The notes under the pieces: model-generated
Databases searched by the model: none
The model's input: the letters and a program-made list of their open reading frames with translations, nothing else
Told to the model about the DNA's origin: nothing
Translations under genes and position numbers: made by a program
Assembly (NCBI GenBank): GCA_030141605.1
Contig: JAQGDQ010001873.1
Coordinates: 1 to 22,777 of the forward strand
DNA length: 22,777 nt
Origin: Tubiluchus corallicola
Lineage: Eukaryota > Animalia > Priapulida
Reading direction: 5' to 3'
In this document: piece by piece, positions 11,775-22,777 of the stretch
Layout: the number at the start of each line of letters is the position of its first letter
Numbering within the stretch: position 1 is the first letter of the stretch

Positions 11775-12436
11775 CTGTGTTAAAAATTACCACGAGTACC
11801 TTGGTGATCCACATACTAATGAGTTTTCTGATGAGCTAGATATAAATAACCAGAATGATTTGCTGATCGCTAGATCTAATATGTTTTAACTAAATGTAAC
11901 TCTTGTTCAAAAAATGTGAACTATTTCGTTCGTTCTGTAACTACACATGTAGTGATAACTTATGGGTAAATTTCGCAGCTTAACCAAGATCCTCGCCACT
12001 TACAACGTTGCTCTTCATAAGTTTTTCACATGTTATGCTTATGATACGCAATCTTTTTCAATTTGCACAGAAAATAGTATAAAACATTTTAAAGTACAGT
12101 ACTGTTGCGTCACTCTGCCTATATTTTAAGACAAGAATGATTGGATCAGCAAATTTTATTCTAAATTATATATGCCACAAAACTGATGTGCTGGTAGTAG
12201 ATAATTTAGAAGATGGCGTGATTTACTGATGTAGTAACCGCTAGCGTTTTAACGGTTACTACATCAGTAACGATCGATACTTTGTGTATTTAATTTCTGT
12301 ATATATTTTATTGTATTTTTTTTTAAATTTTCGTTGTTCTTTTAAAAGTCTATATGTTATGTAGTATTGCTTAGTTATTAAAGTAAATTTTTAAAGTATA
12401 TTTGCTGAAATAAACTTTAAATGAAATCAATTGAAA
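11775..12436 (+). mobile_element. Degenerate non-LTR retrotransposon RT C-terminal fragment (RTEX-like motifs)
   Basis: Frameshifted peptides VKNYHEYLG...FSDELDINNQ, ARSNM, KCNSCSKNV, LFRSFCNYTCSDNLWVNF, YNVALHKFF, RMIGSANFILNYI occur in the expected order, followed by an AT-rich 3'UTR with aataaa near 12410. Confidence 0.7.
12223..12270. repeat. Perfect 18-bp inverted repeat with 12-nt loop
   Basis: ttactgatgtagtaaccg (12223-12240) / cggttactacatcagtaa (12253-12270). Confidence 0.95.
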
Positions 12437-12599
12437 AGACAAGCTTGTGAGACATTAGCAAGATGTGACATATTGCAGAAGTTATGTTTCAATTGCAACT
12501 TTAGTTTGGCCAAGCACGGCATCGAGTGTCGTGTTTACCACGTATAAAGCAGTTTAAGGGTAATTAAGAATTTTGCAATTGTTGATACTACTACGTTCC

Positions 12600-13300
12600 T
12601 TATTTTAAAAGTACTCGCTACCAATGCCAGGAGTTATCTATTCTTCCTGAAAATTAATTTTTTACTCCATCAGACCTTCGTTTTCATACAGGTAGTAGAA
12701 GGCTAGAAAAACTATCTTGTAGCATTTTACTAGGACAAGGTAACTTTAAAGATTTTCTTTTTAAAATTGGATACATACATGAAAATGCGTGTATATGCTC
12801 AGAGGAAGCACAAATAGTTGAACATTTGCTTTTTAATTGTACTTTGGTCGACGAAAATAAAAGATTAGCGCTTGCAAATAGCCTACAATTTCAAAACATT
12901 AGTAAAATTTATACCTCTCGTGACAAAAACCTGCTAGATGCTTTCACTGAATTAGTTTGTGATTCGTTTTTACAAACTTTAGTATAAAATATTAAACTTT
13001 GCGTAACACAACAAATTTGTAGACATCTAATTTTTCTGTTTCTAGTCACTTTTAGATTATACAGGTCGTTTTGTGTAAACTGGTGCTATTTGATTTTAGT
13101 TGTTCTTATATTATTTTGAGCTACGAAATCCGTGATTTATTGGTATATAAAAGTTTTACGAATGTAACAGCTATTTTATTTACAAAAGTTTTTTAACCAT
13201 ACCCTGCAAATAGAGGGTCACTGTATGTATATTATGCAAATATTTGTATATGTGTAAAATTTTGAAATTTTAAATAAAGAATTGTAATAATAATAATAAT
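12600..13300 (+). mobile_element. 5'-truncated LINE 3' end with C-terminal CCHC zinc knuckle (I/R1/Nimb-like)
   Basis: Open frame 12658-12987 (no ATG, absent from the ORF track): ...ILLGQGNFKDFLFKIGYIHENACICSEEAQIVEHLLFNC...LV*. 3'UTR ends in aataaa plus a (TAA)n tail at ~13272-13300. Confidence 0.8.
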
Positions 13301-13537
13301 ATTTTAAAATGTTAGGAGAAACGATTCTATCTTAATTTAACATACCTGCAAATATCTCAAAATGTCGTTAAACCGTAATCATTTTATACTTTTTATTAAA
13401 AAATGAACAACAAGCAGCTATTTACTGCTATGTACAAATAATACAGTCACTGCCAGCACACATTAGATAGTTATATATACACGTTATATATATACGGGAT
13501 CTAGTTACATTGAACTGAATTAAAATTGTTGCGTTTC

Positions 13538-13862
<325 letters not shown>

Positions 13863-14442
13863 GCCTTGCTGAAAATTATGTTCAGTTATGATATCATCGC
13901 TAGCTGAGCTCACTTGCCTAGTTAAATTTCTGATCTATTGTTTAACTACCTTATTTAGTTATTAAAGAAAGGCTATGACACTATTATAGGTCTTAAAATG
14001 TATACTCTTTATCGTACTTCAAAACCGTGCAGGATGCGAAAATTTATCCTGTTTTCCAATAATCTTCTTTAGCTTTCTCCATACAAAATAAATTGAATAG
14101 GAAGCTCATTAATAATAACAATAGTAACAATAATGCCTTAATTATAAATATAATTTTCTGGAATTAAAAACGAACAATCATTGCTAGCTCATTGTCATTC
14201 CGTCTTGTTACTGGAAGAAATGTTAGCAATATAGATTACATAAGTAAATTGGATAAAGAATTAGGGGTTAAAAATACTGCAGGAAAGGGACTAAATGGAC
14301 CCAAACAAACGAAAATCAAAATTTCATTGAATCAAAAGTCAAAAAAGTCGAATTTTCGAGACGCAAGTTCGCATTTCTTGCACTTTTAATGCGCATGTTT
14401 TTATAGAACTAGTGTAATTATTATGATTGTCATTACTAACTC

Positions 14443-14649
14443 AATTTGAAATCGAAGTTGGAAATCTGAAACCTGAAACCGACAGCAGGAAATGTGAAAA
14501 AATTGCAGCACTACTTGGAGTTGAACCAGAGACCATGTTCCACACTAGGCAATTAGGTCTGCCTGTCTCAACGCAGAACTACCTGGCTCAAATCCAGCCA
14601 GTGTTACAATTCACTTACGTTTCCTGCTTTTCAGGTTTGCTTTCAAATT
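14443..14649. mobile_element. Small imperfect fold-back (hairpin MITE-like)
   Basis: Left arm aaacctgaaa..agcaggaaatgt..aattgcagcact..tggagttgaaccag (14469-14529) pairs imperfectly with ctggctcaaatcca..agtgttacaatt..acgtttcctgcttttcaggttt (14583-14638). Outer aatttgaaa/tttcaaatt. Confidence 0.6.
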
Positions 14650-14901
14650 TAATTAATTACGGATTTAATTAATCATCATTGGGCCTAATAATAATCTTGA
14701 TATTAAAATTATAAATGATTAAGTAGGCCATATATTTATGTGCACTTAATATACGAGCAATTGCTACTTCTAGTCTTTTGAGTTCGCAAGCATGTACCAA
14801 ATCTGTACAAATTTACACAAAATTACACAATGTTTCCACAAAATTTTGAGATGCCCGTCTCCTTTCCAGGAGGCAATGTTTTCTCCAAGTACACCGTAGG
14901 G

Positions 14902-15384
14902 CAGGGGTGTGCAAGTTAGCTGACTAGCCGGGCCACATTAAACTTTCCCGCAATTCCTGCGGGCCACAGGCAGTTTGATCAAGGAGCTAAGTATAGAAAG
15001 GCCTAATAACGATTTTTTTTGCATCCCACCTGCGTACATCATTACTACTACACTCAAGAAACTATTTTAGAAGTTATTAAAATTTATATTCCAAACCATA
15101 TATTTCTACTTTCAGGGCAGATAGTGGTAATTTCATTACAATGCATATTAGTAATGTGTATCACACAGTTTGTGTAGTACAGTGACATTAAGCTACAACC
15201 GTCTTGTAAGGATTAATGGCATCCGATCTAGTAGAAAAAACTAACCGCACTATCTTTGGGATCGTGGCACGGACTTCAGCTGGATACATTCAATTAATCG
15301 CCCGGGCCGCACTTTCATTAGGTTGACAAATATCTTTGCGGGCTGCACAAATTCTCTCGGCGGGCCGCAATTTGCACACCCCTG
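14902..15384. mobile_element. hAT-Charlie-like MITE
   Basis: Perfect 13-bp TIRs caggggtgtgcaa / ttgcacacccctg. 8-bp flanks ccgtaggg / cagtacgg match 6/8 with central TA. Repeated subterminal cgggcc motifs. Confidence 0.9.
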
Positions 15385-15823
15385 CAGTACGGTAAGTTTA
15401 CGCAAGTGCTTATGCCTAGTTTTAAAATCTCAGATTTTACTCTTTCGCGCGTTTATCTAATTTGTCTTAAATGTTGACTCAACAGTTACTGTTGCAGCTC
15501 TATACATATTTACACCGTTGCGCGAAAACAGAGACGAAGTCATGACGTTTGTTCCCAGAAGTTGGGGAAACATATGACAAACACGCAGAGAACAATCCTG
15601 GCTAGAATCTCGCATCTCTGAATAAATGATCCTCTGGCGCCACCTGTGAGCAAGAAAAAACAATAATCACGATTACAGTGGAACGACAAAGTAACTGTAA
15701 CTGTAACTGCTACATGTACTATAAAAAAAATTCATGTATTATAAATAAATTTTGACAAAGGTTGGTTCTACGATTTATAACAAAATGAGTAAAAATTTTA
15801 ATGCCAGTGTTTCTATTCGTTAA

Positions 15824-16383
15824 AAGAAGACCGGATGATTGCTCAGACTCAATCTCGTTTTAATTTACTATCCAAAATGTACATTTCTTGCTTATAAAAG
15901 TTAGCAATTGTTCCTTATATTTGAATAATCAGCTTAGAACGTTAATTAACGACAACCGAACACAGCTATTGCTTACGTCACAAACTAACCACAGTTTGTG
16001 CAATGGCTGGCGTCTTCCCTTGCGCGTCAAGCACATTTGCGTAGGTGTCACAGTACAGAACTACAGTGTTACAGACACATAATGTCACGAAAAATGGGCT
16101 TTACATCATGTGACGTCATGAAACTAACACAGCAGTTCATGATCGTAGTTATCACGGTACCGCCTTCTATTTCTCTGCCAAGCGAATATGACAAAAAGGC
16201 GCCATTGCCAATCTTAGTAGATTCACTGAGCCGCGCGTAGCTTTGAAAGTTTAGCGAAATGTGAGTATCCGAGGTAATTACTATTTAATCTAAGCTTTGA
16301 TTTAAAAAAAGCTATTGTAGTTTTCAATATTTTAGAGAATTCTTTAATCTGAACTCATGTTTACACAATCATCCGGTTCTCCT
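15824..16383 (+). mobile_element. Kolobok-like MITE, copy 3
   Basis: TTAA|aagaagaccggatgattg ... caatcatccggttctcct|TTAA with both TTAA intact (15820-23, 16384-87); colinear with 6437-6976. Confidence 0.88.
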
Positions 16384-16544
16384 TTAAATAATTTGTTACG
16401 AATAATTGTTCCGGTCTAAACAGTACTACGACTAAACAGCATTCATTCTCGTTACGGTGATGCAGAGACTTCTGTACTTTAAAGGTTTCAGCAAATGTTA
16501 AATCAACCTATTTAGAGCTATTAGATGATAACTGTTCGTGTTAG

Positions 16545-17035
16545 TTAATTTAATTTAAACAGAATTTATTTAGAATTGGATCAGACAGTTTGAACAACAG
16601 ACTTTATACACTATTTACAAGAACATTTACAGTAAGAATTGACTATAACTACACAAGCTGACAAGTTTTACTACAAGATTACATTAGACATTAGTAAAAA
16701 ATGACGGTTAGAAAATATTAATGTACGAATATTTAAGACTAATGCATATCATATCAGATAGAAACTACTGGAAGCGTTTAGTACGTAATATAAAGTCATG
16801 TATGCATTGCAATATTTTACAGTTAGCAACATAGTTAAATTCATCTTTTCCGAATAATAACAACTTCAACAAATCATTAGTTCCTAAGGCAGTTATATTA
16901 AGGTTTTCGGGCAGAAGTATTTCATTTAGTTTATCAAACATAACAACTCTAGTTTGTTGATACATTGGGCAGTGCAACAAAATGTGTTCAACAGACTCAA
17001 ATAGAAATCCACAGTTACAATTCTGCATTCACATT
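16545..17035 (-). mobile_element. 5'-truncated LINE 3' end (ORF2 CCHC zinc knuckle to stop, plus 3'UTR)
   Basis: ORF 16765-17028: CNCGFLFESVEHILLHCPMYQQTR...LLLFG...N.KIL..IHDFILRTKRF, a typical non-LTR ORF2 terminus. AATAAA at 16565-16570 with an A-rich tail. Confidence 0.85.
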
Positions 17036-17104
17036 GTTGTTATCACATCTGATCAGCGAACTTGCTCATCTATAGAACAGGCGAGATGGATAGGCATAGG
17101 CTAT

Positions 17105-17124
17105 TTATATTGACCACTGCTGGT
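17105..17124 (-). CDS. Gene A candidate terminal coding segment (D)QQWSI*
   Basis: Strong acceptor ttttttatatttctag|ACCAGCAG; phase-1 join to exon 17319-17408 reaches TAA at 17105-17107. Too short to validate independently. Confidence 0.4.
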
Positions 17125-17318
17125 CTAGAAATATAAAAAACTGCACAGTTCTACTTGCAGTAGTTTAACTTTAAGCTTTGACCACCTTTCTACATCCTAA
17201 ATTATAGGTGTGACAATATTAACCAAAATTTTTCACATAATTGTTTACTAATTTAAGTTTTCTCATAGCCACGTGTACTTAATATAACTGTTTAGCTTTT
17301 TCATACAGTAAGGCCTAC

Positions 17319-17408
17319 CTGCCAAATTTCTGTCTTTTGACTCCTGAATTGGTATTGAGTTGCTGTCTGAGTTTTCCTGCAAGGACTCCTTTGCTAAATC
17401 TGATAAGC
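17319..17408 (-). CDS. Gene A exon (90 nt, phase 1-1): (G)LSDLAKESLQENSDSNSIPIQESKDRNLA
   Basis: Acceptor ttttctatcatctgattacag|GC, donor TTGGCAG|gtaggc, open frame, symmetric phase. Confidence 0.7.
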
Positions 17409-17564
17409 CTGTAATCAGATGATAGAAAATTAGCACTCTGGTATCTACGACAAATCTCTTGGTTTCTCACGCTTCTCTCAATCTTTCGTCTTCATTTTTC
17501 TTCGTTCTTTCTCTTGTTCTTTTCAATCTAATCCTTTCTCTGAAAACTGTCCCTCTCTTTCAGC

Positions 17565-18182
<618 letters not shown>

Positions 18183-18238
18183 CCACTCTGCACACGGGTA
18201 AGAGATGGAGTTGCGAAACGAAATGTGACTTCTAATAC

Positions 18239-18313
18239 CTGGTTGGAAGTTATCTTGCAATACGGTGTTAGAGTTCAGCGTATCTTGAATCATGTCTTCA
18301 CTGTTTAGTTCAT
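18239..18313 (-). CDS. Gene A exon (75 nt, phase 1-1): (D)ELNSEDMIQDTLNSNTVLQDNFQP
   Basis: Acceptor ccattacatttcag|ATGAAC, donor CAACCAG|gtatta, open frame, symmetric phase. Confidence 0.7.
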
Positions 18314-18840
18314 CTGAAATGTAATGGACACGTGAATTTCATTTAAGAAAACCGTTCAAGGGTATGACTCTTCATACGTCAAGGGGTTGACGTTTGGTCA
18401 TACTGACATAATAACGTTATTGTTTGACCTACTCGTTAAATAGAAGCCGTAGTTAGTAACTCATAAATTAATACTTGGACTAGGATGCTGCAACGGTACC
18501 AGATTCGTAGTCTAATGTGCCATTATTATAGCATACACATTCAAAAGTTCCAAAAACACCACTCTTACAGCTAGTTACACACAGCGTTTATCACCAAAAA
18601 GTAACCAATCATACCTGCATCACCAGACAATGAGAAAAAATCACACTTTCTACAAACAATGATCATTAAGGATTTTGAAAAAAAACTCGCTTAATGATTA
18701 AGCATGGATTATCTTTTAAGAGGTAACTTGTCTCCGAAAAATTACTTTGTATTGGAATAGGTTAGATCTTTCGCGCAACGTTATTATGACGGTCATCTAC
18801 GATTAGGCAGTCTCTGATTCATAGCAGCTCGTAGAATTAA

Positions 18841-19493
18841 TGGACTTTTAATAAACGTGATTTAAACCATGCATGGACTTTTAATAAACGTGATCTAAAC
18901 CATGCATGGACAGCGTGATTTAAACCATGCATGGACTTTTAATGAACGTGATTTACACCATGCATGGACAGCGTGATTTAAACCATGCTTGGATTTTTAA
19001 TAAACGTGATTTACACCATGCATGGACAGCGTGATTTAAACCATGCATGGATTTTTAATAAATGTGATTTAAACCATTCATGGACTTTTAATAAGCGTGA
19101 TTTACACCATGCATGGACAGCGTGATTTAAACCATGCATGGACTTTTAATAAACGTAATTTAAACCATGCATGGACAGCGTGATTTAAACCATGCATGGA
19201 TTTTTAATAAACGTGATTTAAACCATGCATGGACAGCGTGATTTAAACTATGCATGAATTTTTAATAAACGTGATTTAAACCATGCATGGATTTTTAATA
19301 AACGTGATTTAAACCATGCATGGATTTTTAATAAACGTGATTTAAACCATGCATGGACAACGTGATTTAAACTATGCATGGATTTTTAATAAACGTGATT
19401 CAAACCATGCATGGATTTTTATTAAACGTGATTTAAACCATGCATTGATTTTCAATAAACGTGACTTAAACTATGCATGGACTTTTAATAAAC
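18841..19493. repeat. Two-unit minisatellite (33-bp L and 25-bp S units) with 207-bp higher-order period
   Basis: L = tggayttttaataaacgtgatttaaaccatgca, S = tggacagcgtgatttaaaccatgca. Order [21 protein letters not shown] plus a partial unit (14 L, 7 S). Confidence 0.97.
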
Positions 19494-19609
19494 ATAATTT
19501 TTATTTTCCAACCCTAGCAAGCTGCTACTTTCAGGTGGTCCTCCTTTGCATGGGATGGTTCGGTAAGTCTACACATACTCTCGCCTAGGATGGCTTCTTT
19601 GGTACTCAC

Positions 19610-19705
19610 CTTTTCGATTCTTGGTTTTCTTGTGATGTTTTCGTCCTCGGCGAGAGTTTGTTGAATGTGGCCGCTTCGTGCTGGGTGGAGGTGCAGGCTT
19701 TACAT
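19610..19705 (-). CDS. Gene A exon (96 nt, phase 1-1): (D)VKPAPPPSTKRPHSTNSRRGRKHHKKTKNRK, Pro-rich and basic
   Basis: Acceptor tattttgttttgtag|ATGTAA, consensus donor GAAAAG|gtgagt, in frame with the Ig exon, exon-like GC content. Confidence 0.82.
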
Positions 19706-19896
19706 CTACAAAACAAAATATACATGAGCTTGTCGTTTACGCACTAAAACGAAATTGTGTTTCAATAACTGTGAGGCTTCTTTCCCTCATGAAAGAAGAA
19801 GAAGTTAATAATAGAATTTTCATGTGTGGAGAACATATTTTTCGCGAGAAATTGAAGGTAGTCCATTTGAATGAAAGCGTTTTATGAATTGTAGCC

Positions 19897-20409
<513 letters not shown>

Positions 20410-20494
20410 GCTTTCTCTCCTCTAAATTCAAGCTCGAACTAAGATTTTCTTTTAGAAATAAAATTCAAATATACCGCTGTGTGTAAATTTTTAC

Positions 20495-20614
20495 CTGTTA
20501 TAGTAAACGAAGCCTCATTTGACCCGATTGCATTAGATGCCACGCAATTATATTCTCCTATGTCAGCTGTACTCACGTTTATAACGAGCAATTCCAGAGT
20601 TATGCTTGTTGAAT
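20495..20614 (-). CDS. Gene A exon (120 nt, phase 1-1) encoding the E-F-G strands of an immunoglobulin (I-set-like) domain: (D)STSITLELLVINVSTADIGEYNCVASNAIGSNEASFTIT
   Basis: Canonical Ig motif L.V.NV...D.G.Y.C.A.N..G. Acceptor ttttacttttgtacag|AT, donor ATAACAG|gtaaaa. Confidence 0.92.
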
Positions 20615-21501
20615 CTGTACAAAAGTAAAATTGTAAAACGTTATTATGATGAGGCAGCTGACGCAGTTCACAGATCGAATCCCTGAAAAGCAAACTGTTT
20701 GAAAATAACGAAACTATTAAATTTTGCATCCTTGACTGATCATTTAGTGTGTGACGACGTTACATGGATGATTAACCAGCCGTCCAGCCGACCGAGGGAC
20801 TGACTAACTGATCATTAGGAAGACTGACGTAGACACTGAACTGATTAATTAATTGATTTATCCGAATTAAGTCAATAAATGCGTATTGCCTAAATTACTA
20901 GCAATTATGCAAAAGTTAGATACAAAAACTTTTTCAGTATCATGTGTGCGCGCCGCAAACACGCCCTGATTCTCCTCTCTAACTGATTGCGATACGACAG
21001 TTCCAAATTGCGACAAGTTTCCTTTAATAACAATAAAAGTGTCACTCTTAGTCATTTAGTCATAATTTAGTCATGATTTTTAACAACGTTTTTTTTCCTT
21101 TCACGATCAGCGCCGTGCAGTACAATATGTGAGTTGGAGGCAATATTTAGTCAGTTTATTAAAAAACCATTTTGCTCAAGAATTCTTATTTACTGAGTAG
21201 GCCACAAGTCGGAATAAGTTACCTGTTAAAGCAGAAGTCAAGTCTCTCGGGAAGTTTCAATTTATTCTAATATTTGAGAAAAATGCTAGAAAATTTCAGC
21301 AATGAAATTAAGAACTACCTTATGTAATTAATAAAATCAATTTAAAGTCTTGGGCGCGCTCATTTTAGACGAAAAATGGCGTCACCTGGTTCCCAAACAC
21401 TCATTCCTCCTGGTGCTTCAGTAATCTTTTTTTACTCATAGAGCGAACTCTATAAACTAAGTAACCCACCCAGTACCTACACTGTATGCTAGCAAGTTTA
21501 C

Positions 21502-21509
21502 CTTTGTAT
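21502..21509 (-). CDS. Gene A candidate 8-nt microexon ATACAAAG (phase 2-1); alternative in-frame acceptor gives 21502-21527
   Basis: ttgctggctttcag|ATACAAAG|gtaaac; ends in phase 1 as the Ig exon requires. Confidence 0.45.
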
Positions 21510-21570
21510 CTGAAAGCCAGCAAAAGTCTGTAAATTAATTACATTTACGCAATTAATGTATACTACTTAC

Positions 21571-21588
21571 ACATTTTGCGGTATAATC
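21571..21588 (-). CDS. Gene A candidate 18-nt microexon GATTATACCGCAAAATGT (phase 2-2; IIPQNV)
   Basis: ccttaaacccacag|...|gtaagt consensus donor; 61-nt intron to the 8-nt exon. Joined reading IIPQNVYKDSTSITLELL has no stop. Confidence 0.45.
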
Positions 21589-21969
21589 CTGTGGGTTTAA
21601 GGTATGTAACAACGTTAAACTTGGTCATAATTGATCAAATGACTAATTTTTACATAAACACAGTTAAATACAAAGCTAGAATAAGTGAACTTCTGAGTGA
21701 ACTGTAGAAATGTCTCAACACGTAGCTTCATCACAGCTTGCCTTTACAGCATTCACGCTGCCCAGCAGACACCAGCTACGTCATTTTGTTTTGAAATATG
21801 CCAGCATCAAAATTCGTTTATGGGGAGATAAAAAATATTTAAATTTCTTTCACATTTTTATATAAATATTTTGAACGTATTTAATTTAATATACGTAACT
21901 ATTTTGTTTGATTTTTTAAAGTTTTTGATGGGAAAAAATAAAAATGAGCATCAGCATTGATTTTGCCAC

Positions 21970-22564
21970 TGTGAACGAAATTACAGCAACCGTCGACAGC
22001 TATTGCTTCCTTTTGCATGACTAAATTCATCTTTCATTCACTACTCCCCCCCACACTTTTATGTATATATTATCATTATTTCAATTATTAATCACTTCTT
22101 TAAGATTTCCAGGTACAGTTTGGGCTGTCAAGCTATGCTTTAGGCTCAAACTGTATGCATCAAAATTATTCTGTAATGTAATTTGCACATGTATATGCGG
22201 CATAAGAATCTCTTTTGGAATTTCTGGATAATACTGCATTTATATTTATATTTACTTCAGTGAAATTATCCGTATTTTTATTATAACTGTTAGATGCAGA
22301 GTGGAAATAAATAAACTTATATAACTTATATAAGAACATTTTTGTTTGGAAATTGCACAAAAATCTTCCACGCCATATTTCCCGGGACGATTTACAATTA
22401 ACAGTGGCGCCACTCGCCGAACTTTCTCGCAAGAGCGTTTTACATATCGATCCGCGTCTCTCGGAGAGTTAGAAAATATTGAGGAGCAAAAGTTTTTTTG
22501 ACGGTGAATTTAGTCATGCAAAAGGAAGCAATAGCTGTCGACGGTTGCTGTAATTTCGTTCACA
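21970..22564. mobile_element. MITE/fold-back element with perfect 60-bp inverted repeats
   Basis: 21970-22029 is the exact reverse complement of 22505-22564. Weaker complementarity continues outward, so the true termini may be wider. Confidence 0.85.
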
Positions 22565-22688
22565 TAAATTGGTAAAATTGATAACTGCAATTTGTAGCTG
22601 TTATTTAAGCCATTTCTTGTTTTTCATAAGCTTTCAAGAAAAATCAAGAACATAAAATGGGACAAAAGGTGCATAGCAAGGGCATTAA

Positions 22689-22777
22689 AGGAAGAACCAA
22701 CCCCCGAACAACATTTATTGCATTTTAATTTAGAATTAAAAACATTGAAATCACCACACAATATATGCGGATAGAAT
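22689..22777 (+). mobile_element. Possible left end of another Kolobok-like element running off the window
   Basis: TTAA|aggaagaaccaacccc has the TTAAAGG terminal signature; no partner end is visible. Confidence 0.35.

Noticed and set aside
15637-15646. CTCF-like core CAGGTGGCGC (minus strand)
   Set aside because: Only a partial match; short motifs like this occur by chance and in transposons.
18841-19493. CRISPR-like appearance of the repeat array
   Set aside because: The variable parts are only two short recurring variants, not unique spacers; eukaryotic intron context and no cas genes.
21215-21270. Minus-strand ctttaacag|gtaact site as exon end or recursive splice site
   Set aside because: The nearest upstream acceptor gives an immediate stop in phase 1, and a sub-kilobase intron would not need recursive splicing.

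Overview
AT-rich, intron-containing eukaryotic (most likely invertebrate animal) genomic DNA; nearly all ORF-track entries are microsatellite or chance artefacts. Manual splice-site reading supports parts of two minus-strand genes. Gene A (~17.1-21.6 kb) encodes the C-terminal half of an Ig domain (DIGEYNCVASN), then a Pro/basic exon and two acidic exons, all phase 1-1, with candidate 18-nt and 8-nt microexons inside the Ig domain and no transmembrane segment seen. Gene B starts with a signal-peptide exon (1788-1851) and a 141-nt exon (821-961) and runs off the left edge. The rest is a dense transposon landscape: hAT MITEs, three copies of a TTAA-flanked Kolobok-like MITE (two as an inverted pair), fold-back elements, four or five 3' LINE fragments, long microsatellites and a 33/25-bp minisatellite with a 207-bp higher-order period. 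The most notable element is a ~490-bp internally deleted RTE-clade retroelement with a 16-bp target-site duplication whose 5' end is a twister ribozyme core starting at the predicted cleavage site. All family assignments rest on recognised motifs; no database search was run.
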